A DNA stretch of 64,000 bases from a virus, in IMG/VR virus record IMGVR_UViG_3300005676_000020, positions 64,001 to 128,000 of that record; one strand, written 5' to 3'. The notes under the pieces are model-generated. The model was not told where the DNA came from. It worked only from the letters and a program-made list of their open reading frames with translations, and did no database searches. Position 1 is the stretch's first letter; each line of letters starts with the position of its first letter. Positions 1 through 9,996 of this stretch are shown piece after piece. The translations under genes and the position numbers were made by a program.

Positions 1-231
1 AAATATACAAGTCTCGTAAAGTTGAGGTTCTCCTTTAAGCCAGTTATGATCTATACCAAGGAATACGGTGCTTATCATAAAGTCACCTTTGCGAAAGACA
101 CCTACAAACCTCTTCGGATCGTCATAACTGAACTTGGTAGCGAACTCTATCACATCCTCGGTAGGTACGTGATTTCCTTCTTCGTCCAGGTAGTAGTATC
201 TGAGCTTTACCTGGTCATCATTCTTTTCCAT
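1..231 (-). CDS. Conserved phage hypothetical protein (3' end runs off the window)
   Basis: Manual translation MEKNDDQVKLRYY...ISTVFLGIDHNWLKGEPQLYETCIF. The STVFLGIDH...ET motif is common in phage hypotheticals. Confidence 0.65.
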   Translation of the reverse strand, partial: MEKNDDQVKLRYYYLDEEGNHVPTEDVIEFATKFSYDDPKRFVGVFRKGDFMISTVFLGIDHNWLKGEPQLYETCIF

Positions 232-240
232 CTCACTGTT

Positions 241-1170
241 TTAATACCCTATAACTTCTTTGATAGACATATTCTCAAAGTCCTCTATGAACCTAATCAT
301 CAGGTTAGGCTCTGCATTTCTAGACTTTACGATGTGGGCAAACATGTCGTGTTTGTCCACCGGCACTCCGCTTTTACGGTTTCCATAGAAGGAGATGTTG
401 AACATCGCCGGTCGATTCAGCAGTATCATCGTCTCCGAATACATTGACGTAGCGTCTCCGCCGAATACGTCGCTCTGCTGAGGGTATGCTTTATCTGTAT
501 AACTTTCCTGCCGGTTTACAAACTCCCGGTTCATCTGTGTAAGAAACAGGAAAATCACATTACTTTCTTTTTTAATATCGTTAGCGGTTCCAAGAAGGTC
601 CAGGAGCATTGTTACTCTATCCCCTCCGTGGTGTCTTGACATCTTGGCAAGAATCGTGTGGTCAACCCTAACGACCAGGTTTCTCTTTTTCTCGTCTCGA
701 AAAGACCTTACGATCTTTGCGAATTCGTCGATGGTATTAGGCTTCTCAACATACCATATGGGTAAGTTTTCATACTTACCCCTTAACAGTTCAGAGACCC
801 TGTGCATTTCTTCGTCTGACAGCGTGTTATTCTGCGCAGAGCACATGTATTTGTAGCTTCTCTTGAAGTCGTTTGACAGGTTTCGCCTAAGGATTACATC
901 CGGGGACATTTCCCAGGAAAAGTCCAGTATGTCGAAATCCGGTTCGTTATTCTCCAGGAAACCACGTATCATGCACTCACTGAAAGCAGACTTTCCCACA
1001 CTGGGTCTTCCGCCTACGGTTATAGTACTCCCCCACTCGAACCCTCCTATGTTACAAGAGTCGAGTTTAGGGAACCCTGTACGAAGAGATTTGATAAGCC
1101 CTTTTCGTCGCTTATCAATATAGTCTTCTACGCGGCGGCTGACCTTTGATATGTGTATCCAATCACTCAT
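241..1170 (-). CDS. DnaB-like replicative helicase (RecA-fold domain only)
   Basis: TGFPKLD, Walker A GGRPSVGKS, FSWEM, VRVDH, LTQMNR and KSRN are typical SF4 helicase motifs. Confidence 0.9.
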   Translation of the reverse strand: MSDWIHISKVSRRVEDYIDKRRKGLIKSLRTGFPKLDSCNIGGFEWGSTITVGGRPSVGKSAFSECMIRGFLENNEPDFDILDFSWEMSPDVILRRNLSNDFKRSYKYMCSAQNNTLSDEEMHRVSELLRGKYENLPIWYVEKPNTIDEFAKIVRSFRDEKKRNLVVRVDHTILAKMSRHHGGDRVTMLLDLLGTANDIKKESNVIFLFLTQMNREFVNRQESYTDKAYPQQSDVFGGDATSMYSETMILLNRPAMFNISFYGNRKSGVPVDKHDMFAHIVKSRNAEPNLMIRFIEDFENMSIKEVIGY

Positions 1171-1610
1171 ACAAGTCTGTGAGTCCCCTCATCATTCTCA
1201 TGGAATTCTTCGTTAAGGACTCTTTCGCACCAGTCTGCAAGGTCGGAGCCTTCTCCAAGCTTGTAGACAAAATAGGAAGCTGTTCTTATAAACTCATATC
1301 CAACACTTTCTGCATGACGGACGTATTGTCTTGCAGCTTCCAATATTACGTCCGGCGGATAGTCGTAGTTCTTTACGAAATATCGCAGTTTCTTTTCAAG
1401 GTCGTTGTAGTTCGACTTGAAGCTCTTGCCTGTGGACAGGCGTCTTGCCGGGAAGAGTTCCCTGAACTCAGTGACGAAGTCGTTGATTTTGACCTCCTGT
1501 ACAAGGCTTTTCTTGACAGTCTGATAAATCTCCCTCGCCAATTCGTCCATGGAACCTTCCCAGGTTCGCATCTTTTCAGCAATTTTTCTTATCACTTCCT
1601 GCTCATTCAT
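1167..1610 (-). CDS. Hypothetical protein coupled to the helicase gene (possible initiator/loader)
   Basis: 147 aa ORF with a 4-nt overlap with the helicase; function inferred from position only. Confidence 0.5.
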   Translation of the reverse strand: MNEQEVIRKIAEKMRTWEGSMDELAREIYQTVKKSLVQEVKINDFVTEFRELFPARRLSTGKSFKSNYNDLEKKLRYFVKNYDYPPDVILEAARQYVRHAESVGYEFIRTASYFVYKLGEGSDLADWCERVLNEEFHENDEGTHRLV

Positions 1611-2022
1611 CCTGTAAAGATACGAAAGTTGGCAAAACTGAAAAAGTTATTTTGTAGTAACGTTCTAGCTCTTCCCACATCTTGTCTATACCATCTCTCA
1701 GTAAGGTTTCCAGTAGTTCTCTCATGTTTACAAAAGATGTCAGCTCGCGGCTATAGCATTTGCCGCCTGTATAATGACAGTGAGTAAAAGTTCCAGTAGG
1801 CACTTCTTGGATTTTTTGATACCAATCTTTACCGTCATCATACTCTAGCTTCATCTCCCCCACTGCTTTTTGATTGTCTTCAAAAGGAACTATGGAGTGG
1901 TAGGCGAGATCTAGAGGCTCCGGGCGTACCAGGTTGGCAAATGAGCTTCCTAAGGTGGTCTCGTTGTTGAGCCTATCAAAGGTTCTCTGAAGATACCAAC
2001 CTGTCTTCACGATGAACTCCAC
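1603..2022 (-). CDS. Hypothetical protein
   Basis: 139 aa ORF in a tightly packed minus-strand operon. Confidence 0.6.
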   Translation of the reverse strand: MEFIVKTGWYLQRTFDRLNNETTLGSSFANLVRPEPLDLAYHSIVPFEDNQKAVGEMKLEYDDGKDWYQKIQEVPTGTFTHCHYTGGKCYSRELTSFVNMRELLETLLRDGIDKMWEELERYYKITFSVLPTFVSLQDE

Positions 2023-2366
2023 GACCCCGTGCTTTCCTTTAACAGCGAAGTGGAGTTTTGCCGAGCTAATTCCACTACCGTTTGAAAGAGTGAGTTAAGT
2101 ACGGAATCAGCGTACTCTGTTTCGTCCTTATCGGACAAAGGTACGAACCGGTCGCATTCATACACTTGCTTAGCCTCGTGGCCTTCAATGATTTGAATGT
2201 TTTCCAGTTCTTCTATCTCATAACAAGGTACGATTTGTCCATCCTCGTTCCAGCCTTCTCCTTGAGCAATGGCCGTATAGATTTTACCTTCTACCGGCAG
2301 TACTGCTTTTGGGTCAGGGAATCCCCTGTCGCTGCCGTCTATGCATAATACTTTTAGAGGAAACAT
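2007..2366 (-). CDS. Hypothetical small beta-barrel-like protein; paralog of the ORF at 18746-19048
   Basis: Shared pattern LC(I/V)...G.IYT...YE..(R/C)F..L.(S)D.DE.E. Confidence 0.55.
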   Translation of the reverse strand: MFPLKVLCIDGSDRGFPDPKAVLPVEGKIYTAIAQGEGWNEDGQIVPCYEIEELENIQIIEGHEAKQVYECDRFVPLSDKDETEYADSVLNSLFQTVVELARQNSTSLLKESTGSWSSS

Positions 2367-2373
2367 AGCTTTA

Positions 2374-3048
2374 CTATTTATCCGGCCTCAGTCTTACGAA
2401 AGAGGCGCTTTTAAACATTCCTTTTTTAGTGTAACCACCAACCAGTTTAACTTCGATGGTTGTGCCGATATACTTTTCGTCAAAGTACTCCTTTCTTTGC
2501 TGCCGGGTAAGACCTATTCCGACCTTACCCTTTTCAGTGACAAACTCTTTAAGGAGTCCTTTGTGGGACTTTGCCTTACTAGCTACCAAACCGATAACCT
2601 TTACGTCTACCGTCGTTTCCGGCTTTACCTTTACGTAACGGTCTTCTTCTCTGTTGTATAAAACAAGACCTTCAAACCCACTCTCGACGACAGCCGACAT
2701 CACCATGTCTATCGTATCTGGTTCAGGATTTTCCATTCTGGATACGTAAAGACTTGACTGATAAGTTGGACGTATTACGTGTATCTCTTCGGGTTTAATT
2801 CTTCTTCTTGGTGACTTGGAAGCACTTAATATACTCCAAGTCTCTTCCCACGAACCGCAGTAGATTTCAGCGAATTCAAAGCCCGGCTCTATTATTTCAT
2901 CTGGAAGGTTGTATAAAGGCTTTCCGTTTTTAGAGACGATTCGTCCACTTTCATCCATTCTGGCAAGTATACCGTCTAGTTTAAGAGTGACTAACCATTC
3001 ACCTTTAAGAGCTTTTTTGTCCCACTCTTCCACTTTTAGTTGCTTCAT
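2374..3048 (-). CDS. lig: Minimal ATP-dependent DNA ligase
   Basis: Motif I LKLDG, SKNGK, motif IV FEGLVL, KVKP, and an OB-fold end FKSASFVRLRPDK. Confidence 0.85.
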   Translation of the reverse strand: MKQLKVEEWDKKALKGEWLVTLKLDGILARMDESGRIVSKNGKPLYNLPDEIIEPGFEFAEIYCGSWEETWSILSASKSPRRRIKPEEIHVIRPTYQSSLYVSRMENPEPDTIDMVMSAVVESGFEGLVLYNREEDRYVKVKPETTVDVKVIGLVASKAKSHKGLLKEFVTEKGKVGIGLTRQQRKEYFDEKYIGTTIEVKLVGGYTKKGMFKSASFVRLRPDK

Positions 3049-3523
3049 CGAAAAAACTGATTTGTTGCAGTTTCTGACTGCTGATTTTTGTATCGTATTT
3101 TTCGTCTTTCCAGTCAGGTAGAGATTTCAGTTCTTCTATCTCTTCCTCAGTGTATTTTCCTTCAAAGATGTCCTTGGTAAATTCCAAGGAACGTTCCGCC
3201 AATGCCACAATGTCGGGCTCGTCAGATTCTGTTTCTTTGAAGTAAGATAGCACTGCAGCGTGAAGATTCCTGCCTAAGTGTATAGCATCAGAATAGTACA
3301 GACCGCTGACCGGGCTCTTAACTGCAAAGCCGGCGGCTATCTGAAGGTCTTTCTCGTTCAGTCCTTCGTTCTGTAACTGAAGGAAGTCGGCTTCTGTCGC
3401 TTCCCCTGATTCAAGGAGTCTTCTTAGCTCCATGCCAAACTTCTCGGCGCTGGGAAGGGTTGCCCTCCTAGCATCCATTAACTTTTCTACACCTTCTTTC
3501 GTGTAGGTTCTGGTATTCTTCAT
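3005..3523 (-). CDS. Hypothetical protein
   Basis: 172 aa ORF in the operon. Confidence 0.55.
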   Translation of the reverse strand: MKNTRTYTKEGVEKLMDARRATLPSAEKFGMELRRLLESGEATEADFLQLQNEGLNEKDLQIAAGFAVKSPVSGLYYSDAIHLGRNLHAAVLSYFKETESDEPDIVALAERSLEFTKDIFEGKYTEEEIEELKSLPDWKDEKYDTKISSQKLQQISFFDEATKSGRVGQKSS

Positions 3524-3610
3524 GTGTCTAGTTTTACAGAAAAGTGAAAAGATCTGTCGATGGGACGACAGACCCTTTCACGGTCGTAATTAAGCGCTCG
3601 AAAGGCGGCC

Positions 3611-4471
3611 TTACTGAACTTTAGGGACCACTTCCTGGTCTCCCCATAATAATCTTTTAACTTTAGCCCCTTCACGGTAGTAGTTCCAAGCCTTAAGTAC
3701 AAGGGCGTACTTTTCGGCACTTCCTACCTTCTTCTCTTTCATGTTTATCAACCTTTGTCTCAGAACATAGATGGGACTGTCCACGTCATGGGAGATTCCT
3801 TCTCCGCCAGACAGTTTTTCCATGAAGTCAAAGGCCATCTGCCGGTTTTTCCTTGCAAACAGATATGCAAGACCCGCGTAGGTAGATGGAGAGAAGAATC
3901 GGGCTTTCAGATAGCACCTGGAGCCAAGGTCAACGCACTCTTCCATCAGAGACATACTGTGGGTATTTTCCCATTCGGCAATGTCTGTGTTGGTAACCAT
4001 CTTGTTTTTGCTGTAGTTACCGTGTGAAGAGCCCAATGCTTTGCGTTCATAAAGCAGAACCAGCCTCATAGCTCCGGCAATGACGCCGGCGTTTTTGTGC
4101 CCTTTAATGGACATGATGTCGGTTGCTCTCCTGTTAGAACCAGTGTCGATGACCGTAAATACTTCGGGGTCGAGGCCGGTAACTACCATCATTTTCTGCC
4201 TGGTATCTGACTCAATAATAGCTTCAAGCCGGTGCTGACCGTCTAGGAGTTCTCCTGTTCTGGAGAATCTGATACTGTCGCCGCTGTACTTAAACTCCCC
4301 TCTTTTCATCTGCTCTACCAGGTTCTGCAGGTTGGCTCTTTTGATAGCTCTGTTCTTGGTATTATACTGTAACATCTCCTTGGCAATGTGCGGGGTGATA
4401 GTTACTTCCTGGTAAACCTTTCTCGCTTTAAAGTCGCTTTTGATTTCGTCAAAGAATGACATGTTAATCAA
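3611..4471 (-). CDS. ParB/Srx-like DGQHR-motif protein
   Basis: NRAIK...LLDGQHRLEAI...VIDTGSNR matches a common phage ParB-N-like family. Confidence 0.75.
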   Translation of the reverse strand: MINMSFFDEIKSDFKARKVYQEVTITPHIAKEMLQYNTKNRAIKRANLQNLVEQMKRGEFKYSGDSIRFSRTGELLDGQHRLEAIIESDTRQKMMVVTGLDPEVFTVIDTGSNRRATDIMSIKGHKNAGVIAGAMRLVLLYERKALGSSHGNYSKNKMVTNTDIAEWENTHSMSLMEECVDLGSRCYLKARFFSPSTYAGLAYLFARKNRQMAFDFMEKLSGGEGISHDVDSPIYVLRQRLINMKEKKVGSAEKYALVLKAWNYYREGAKVKRLLWGDQEVVPKVQ

Positions 4472-5925
4472 TTTTGATTGTTAATAAAGATTTTCTTTCG
4501 GCTTTTCAAGAGATTTGAGAACCTCCCTCCTGGTTTTCCACCACCTTGGTATTTGAGAGGTCCTACTACAGGTACTCCGTCGGTTGACCTGATTATTTCG
4601 GACATGTATATCTTCATTCCCCTTTCAGTCTCGAAGTTCACTATTAGAACTTCGGTCCTTTCCAACTTCTCCACGTCTTTCATTGTGGAGACCTCGTCCT
4701 TATGCGCTTCTCTCTTCCAGGCTTCTGTAGCAGTTGCGATGGCAAGCACCTGTAAGTCCTGTCCCTGAAGCTCGTCAATGATTTTTGGGATAATGGTATC
4801 GAACAGTACATCTTTTGAGTCACGACTTACCAGAAATTCACCTATCGGCGCAAGGGCTATTTTCACCGAATCATCTGAAGGGTCTTTCAGAAGGATAGTC
4901 ATTTCGCCATGGCAGCCGTGGATATCGTTAAAGCTCTTTTCGGCGATTCCAGTAACTAACCTTTCGAAAAGTTCGATTACTTCAGTTTCCTCTTTTGGAG
5001 TACTTACCTTCTTATTCGCAAGCTCCATTCCCAACTTATCAATCCTTTGCTGGATGTCTTTTTCTATATTCATTGTAGTAGAATTTGTAATTTTCCCTTA
5101 GTTTTTGAAGTGTAATATCGTGGAAGCCGCAGAGGAACGCCTCCATTCCAGTGACCGGTCCGAGTTGTTTGGCAAAGCCAAATACGGGATGAGGAATGTC
5201 TATCTTTCCTTCAATGTATATTCTTTGTCGGTGACCGGCTCTACCTGCAAGATAGACAAGGTTTTCATTCAGCGTCTCTACGGGACCAAAACTTAGAGCG
5301 GCTTCATACAAATCTTCAAAGATATCCTGATTTTCGGGTTCAATCATTTCGGCAAGGAGGGCACCATAGCTTTCTCTATCGGCTATTATCATAGTACTTT
5401 ACTGCATTTTCAAAGGTGATTGCCCGTATAGGCTTAAATTTTATTCCTTCACCATCCCACTCGACACCGTCGTAAAAACCGTCCGAGTCCCGGTATATAA
5501 TGTTTCTTCCTTTAAGGTCTATTTTTAGTATCTTCTCAAGGTCTAAAAGTACGTTTTCCATGTTGTTTGTCAACGACCTGGCGTTAGGGTCGTTTGCGGA
5601 ATTGTCTTGAAGTACTAACATCCCGTAATGAAAGAAGAAGTTATAGTTACTCTTCAACATGCTCTTTGATTTTTTCTTTTACGATGAATGTGGGAACTTC
5701 GTCATCCCCGAACATTACTAGGTAAGCTTCGTTGTCGCCGACTTTAAGACTTCCAACTACCTTGCCTTTAGACCCAACCGGGTGGAAATCTCCTTCATCT
5801 CCAAAAGTTTTTACACATGTTGCCCCTAGTGGAATCTCACAATTAGGATCCCCTTCCAGCATCAGCTCTATAAGCGCTGCAGAGTCTTCGTCGAGCTGGT
5901 TATACCCTACTTTAAGATTGCTCAT
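4468..5925 (-). CDS. Four hypothetical proteins (4468-5073, 5039-5392, 5376-5660, 5647-5925)
   Basis: Abutting or overlapping ATG-started ORFs on the coding strand. Confidence 0.55.
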
Positions 5926-5933
5926 AAAAAAGT

Positions 5934-7919
5934 TTAAAAGAGTGATAGTTGGGCAGTGTCCATCTGCCCCTCAAGACGGGACACGATGGCTCTTGCCTTT
6001 TCAATATAGTAATCATAGTTTATGTCGTACTCATGCCAAGGCTTGTGTACTACCGAGTTCATTATGGTAACCAAGTAACCGTCGCATATCTTGGTCATAT
6101 CCGCTCCATTAGACTCTGAGTCTTCATTCTTTATCTTTAGAAGCTTCACACCTTCGTTGGAGACATAGAACCGTATGATTTTCTTATAAACCTCAGCTTC
6201 TCCTTTCCGAGAAACCGTCTCGTAGTGAAAGTCGCTGGTAGACTTCAATCCTATGAAGAAGTCGTAGATGTTCCTTGACTCCTTGATAGTCTTCTCTAAC
6301 GGCACTCCTTCGTAGAAGTACCTCACTATAGCCTTCCTTTCTATCCTGCCAAGGTCTTTGGTGTTATTCTTATTCACCTCACCGTCTGTCGAGAAACGGC
6401 CCTTTACTTTGAGGCTATTATCTTTCTTCTTCACGGCGATGTAGTGTCCACTGGACTCCTGGACAAACTTAGAGAACTCAACGAACTCCAGCTTGCCATC
6501 TACCGTATTCCCTACTATTTCCTCCCAGGTTCTGCAAACCTCGTAATACTTACTTTCCAGGTCTCTGTTATAAAGACAGAGTATGCCATCAGTGTTTGCG
6601 GAGACAACATGAATACCTTCAATCTCCATCATTTCAGCAAGCATCAGGATTTCGAACTGGTTGCCTATAGTACAGGAGAAACCTACCTCAGGCCCATACT
6701 GCCAGTTTGTCTTGTCAATAGTCTTTCCAAAACCTCCTCCATTAAGAGCAAGTTTGTACGTATCTGCGAGACCCTTGTACCGGCGGTTAGTGTGCCCTAG
6801 TTCCTTGAACTCCATTCTTTTACGAATGGTAGCCCTGTAGTTTACAAGCCATTCAGGACCAAGGTGGTCGGGGTATAAACCCCTCTTCGCGATGGTCGTA
6901 GGGTGCTGACTACCGACGTCAGCGTCTTCCAGTTTTTCATGGGGTTTAGGGATGATTATCCGGGGCTTGTCTTTCGTGTGAATACCTCCCCTGGCGATTA
7001 CATAATGTGTACCGTTAAGTTCCACGTGAAACTCCTGTTTGGAAGAATCACTCATTTTTACTTTCTCTGGCTTTACCCTTTCCAGGAAATCCTTGAGAGT
7101 GTCAGTCTTAAACGATACGTAATCAGGGATGCAGTCGCCAAAGGTCAACTTCCGGGTTCCTTTCCGCTGTTTTCTTATAGACATTAGCTGCTTTTCAGTA
7201 ATGCCTTTAATGCTGCAGTAACCTCTTTTGTTAATCTCGTCGCCGATTTTAACGTCAGAGAAGTTGATAGCCTCAGTAGGGAAGCCTAAGCTTTCTATAA
7301 GGTCTAACCGGTCCTGAACCTTGTCTTTTCCTTTGTAGACTTCATTGTCTGTTTCACCTCTTGTATAGAGATAAAACTTGTGAGTATTGCTGATGTCTTT
7401 CCAGCAGTAAGCTATTATCTGTTCCAGCTCTTCGTCGGTAAACTCTATCTGATAATGCGGAAATGGGAGCTCCTCTATATCTTCAGCGTCAATCATGAAA
7501 GCTATCCATTTCAGCGCCGCCCGACGGTGCTTATTGTCGAAGTGATGAATCTTGACAAGGTCTAACTGCTTGAAAAACAGGTCTCTTTCCCTGTACGGAG
7601 ACCATTCTTCATAATCTTGTGCCTCTATGACATCGTTTGAGAAGTCTTTTATCTTCTCAAGAATATCCTTATGAGACAGCTCAGACCAAAACGGGTATTT
7701 TCTTCTTATATGCTCAACAACCTGGGCGTCATACTTCAGATTGTTGAAGCCAACAAACCAATAATCTTTATGGGTTTCAATAAACTTCAGCATCGCAAGC
7801 ACCTCGTCCTTCCTGCGACTAAGCTCAAAACTAAACTTTTCATTTGTTTCGGGGTTCATTGCACAGAATAGGAACATTCCTCCAAAGACCTCGATGTCGT
7901 ATATTATGGGTTTGATCAT
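5934..7919 (-). CDS. polB: Family B DNA polymerase (crAss-type)
   Basis: Exonuclease motifs YDIE, GFNNLKYD and YCWKD. Polymerase motifs DADVGSQHP, YKLALNGGGFGK and SANTDG. Confidence 0.9.
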   Translation of the reverse strand: MIKPIIYDIEVFGGMFLFCAMNPETNEKFSFELSRRKDEVLAMLKFIETHKDYWFVGFNNLKYDAQVVEHIRRKYPFWSELSHKDILEKIKDFSNDVIEAQDYEEWSPYRERDLFFKQLDLVKIHHFDNKHRRAALKWIAFMIDAEDIEELPFPHYQIEFTDEELEQIIAYCWKDISNTHKFYLYTRGETDNEVYKGKDKVQDRLDLIESLGFPTEAINFSDVKIGDEINKRGYCSIKGITEKQLMSIRKQRKGTRKLTFGDCIPDYVSFKTDTLKDFLERVKPEKVKMSDSSKQEFHVELNGTHYVIARGGIHTKDKPRIIIPKPHEKLEDADVGSQHPTTIAKRGLYPDHLGPEWLVNYRATIRKRMEFKELGHTNRRYKGLADTYKLALNGGGFGKTIDKTNWQYGPEVGFSCTIGNQFEILMLAEMMEIEGIHVVSANTDGILCLYNRDLESKYYEVCRTWEEIVGNTVDGKLEFVEFSKFVQESSGHYIAVKKKDNSLKVKGRFSTDGEVNKNNTKDLGRIERKAIVRYFYEGVPLEKTIKESRNIYDFFIGLKSTSDFHYETVSRKGEAEVYKKIIRFYVSNEGVKLLKIKNEDSESNGADMTKICDGYLVTIMNSVVHKPWHEYDINYDYYIEKARAIVSRLEGQMDTAQLSLF

Positions 7920-7956
7920 TTACTACAAAAGTAGTAACTTTAAGTATGGAAACAAT
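7911..7956. promoter_or_regulatory. Overlapping divergent Bacteroidota sigma-type promoters (polB and the + strand ORF)
   Basis: Minus strand: TACTTTTG (7926-7933) fits the TAnnTTTG -7 box. Plus strand: TTTG-20 nt-TAACTTTA precedes ATG 7946. Confidence 0.45.
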
Positions 7957-8176
7957 AAAAGCGCTAAAAAGAAATTCGGTGATAAAGGGTATTGACTTTT
8001 CCTCAGGGTTTTATGAGAGACTTTCTTCTCTCTTTATTGAGATAGCAAGCTTAGACGCTGAGCAGTACCAATATCATCTGGAAACTATGGCCATACTTAT
8101 GGCTACTTTGGACGAGGCCGCTGAGAAGCAGGGCCTTGTTGAAAGTGTTGATTTGGACGGTCTTCAAAAAGCTTAG
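7946..8176 (+). CDS. Hypothetical protein, lone + strand gene in the left arm
   Basis: 76 aa ORF with its own promoter-like element, filling the gap upstream of polB. Confidence 0.55.
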   Translation: METIKALKRNSVIKGIDFSSGFYERLSSLFIEIASLDAEQYQYHLETMAILMATLDEAAEKQGLVESVDLDGLQKA

Positions 8177-8648
8177 AGTCAAGAAGTCCGTCCCGAACAA
8201 GGCGTTTAGCTATCATCATCTGGGTTATACCTAAATCTCTGACACTCATTCTGTTAGGCATATCATAGGCGAACGGACAAGGTTCTGAAAACTTCTTTGC
8301 CAGTTCGCTGTTCTTGAACAGACAACACATATCCCTCTGGACGGCAAGGTCTAACACCTCATTCTTTAGCCGGTTTATAGATTTTAAAGCGGCAATTCTT
8401 CTTCTTTCCACCTGCCTTCTTTCCCTCTTGTCCATATGTTCAACCACCTTCTTCGGCAAGCACGACAGTCCGTACATCAACCGGTAAAGGGCTAGGTTTT
8501 GTTCGTAATTCAGTTGGTCTTCAAGGATTCTTACCCTTTTCGGGCGGGACTTGGGAAATCTTATAAAGACTTCCTTCCGGTCGTCCCAGACGGTAACTAC
8601 CCCTTTTTCATCTGTGCTAAAAGAGGTCATTCTTTTTTGACGGTTCAT
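8103..8648 (-). CDS. Hypothetical protein
   Basis: 181 aa basic ORF. Confidence 0.6.
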   Translation of the reverse strand: MNRQKRMTSFSTDEKGVVTVWDDRKEVFIRFPKSRPKRVRILEDQLNYEQNLALYRLMYGLSCLPKKVVEHMDKRERRQVERRRIAALKSINRLKNEVLDLAVQRDMCCLFKNSELAKKFSEPCPFAYDMPNRMSVRDLGITQMMIAKRLVRDGLLDSKLFEDRPNQHFQQGPASQRPRPK

Positions 8649-8673
8649 GCAGGCTTGATTTTGGGATTAAGGT

Positions 8674-8701
8674 AAAAAAAGGAGAGGTTTCCCTCTCCTT
8701 T
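8674..8701 (-). terminator. Intrinsic terminator
   Basis: Minus strand GGAGAGG-GAAA-CCTCTCC followed by T7. Confidence 0.75.
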
Positions 8702-8704
8702 AGC

Positions 8705-8863
8705 TTAGACTTTTGCTCGCTGCCCGGTCATCCTGAAGTAGTCTGCTGCTGAGATTTTGCCCCTCACAAACAGTGAAGTGGCTCCACCACGACCAGCATC
8801 TTTTCTTTTTTGGCGACCGCACTTGCGGCAACCTTTGACTTTTTGAGTCTGTTTCTGTGCCAT
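8705..8863 (-). CDS. Small basic protein (52 aa, below the ORF track cutoff)
   Basis: MAQKQTQKVKGCRKCGRQKRKDAGRGGATSLFVRGKISAADYFRMTGQRAKV, directly followed by a terminator. Confidence 0.55.
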   Translation of the reverse strand: MAQKQTQKVKGCRKCGRQKRKDAGRGGATSLFVRGKISAADYFRMTGQRAKV

Positions 8864-9130
8864 TTAAACGGGTAGCACCTGTTTTGTCAGGTACTTACCG
8901 CGTTCGGCATTTTGAGTTGTTCATTGGCTTCATTTTAAAAAGATTGAAATAGATACTTTTCGTCATAGATAAGGCAGACAGGGATGTCTCGCCAGTCGAA
9001 TTCGTCCTGGTACTTTCGACGAAAGGCGTCCATCTGCTCAGAGTACAGATCCCAATCGTCGTCGGTCATACCACGTTGAATATCAGACCTTTTAGAATAC
9101 CTTTCCCGACGGACTTTCAGTTTTTTAGGG

Positions 9131-9370
9131 TCAGATGTCATCTCTTTCAGGAATTTCAAAGTCGTCGTCCAGCAGGTCTTCTTCCGATTCGATTTCCTCT
9201 TCTGGAAGTTCGGAACCTCTCCTGGACAGCGCAGAGTTATAGAATGGATTTTCAGGCTCAAAGCCGGCATCAGACGCTTCCAGGTTCTGAAGTTCTTCGT
9301 CTGAGAGATTCATGTACCAAAAGATGTCTACATCTATGGTCTTTCCGTTTTTAAGATTTATGAGTGCCAT
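9131..9370 (-). CDS. Small acidic hypothetical protein
   Basis: 79 aa with an acidic tail. Confidence 0.6.
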   Translation of the reverse strand: MALINLKNGKTIDVDIFWYMNLSDEELQNLEASDAGFEPENPFYNSALSRRGSELPEEEIESEEDLLDDDFEIPERDDI

Positions 9371-9517
9371 TATGGCACAAGTTACTGACGATGTGGCAAA
9401 CTGCCAAATTTTCAGAGTACTTTTTTCTGGAACCAGCGACGGAACTTAAAGCCTACATACTTTACTCCTCCGCGGGTTACGGCATACTTTTTCAGGTGTC
9501 TGCATTCTCGCTCCGCA

Positions 9518-9994
9518 TCAATCCATACGGGCAGAATCAGCGCCAGGATTATCGACATCAGGACTACCAGGAGGATCATCTTCTAAGATTTCGAGATTAA
9601 TTTCCTCTACTTGCGTTTCGATTATGGTTCCTTCAAAACCTTCTATTATCGTCTTGTAGTGTTCTGCAGGCACATAGCTTACCTGAACCCCGTAGATAAT
9701 CTTTCCGTTATCTGTTTCAAAAACCGGCGTGTACATTATAGGGTCCTCCTTATAGGAGTTTCTGAAAACCCTTCTTAACACCTGTTTGAACAACGGATTA
9801 CCTTCATGATCAGTATAGTGCTGGTCTAAGTACGCGGTAAAAGCTGTTTCGAAAGTCAGCTTGGTCTTTACGTACTTCGTGCAGGTTGCGAACCCTACAA
9901 CTGAGAGGATATTAGTTTCTTTGTCTAAACGTTTGAGGAGAAAAACCCTTTGTCCAGGTTCGACCCTGAACAAAGGGAGATTTACTTTAAGCAT
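9518..9994 (-). CDS. Hypothetical protein
   Basis: 158 aa, directly downstream of the AAA ATPase. Confidence 0.6.
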   Translation of the reverse strand: MLKVNLPLFRVEPGQRVFLLKRLDKETNILSVVGFATCTKYVKTKLTFETAFTAYLDQHYTDHEGNPLFKQVLRRVFRNSYKEDPIMYTPVFETDNGKIIYGVQVSYVPAEHYKTIIEGFEGTIIETQVEEINLEILEDDPPGSPDVDNPGADSARMD

Positions 9995-9996
9995 TG

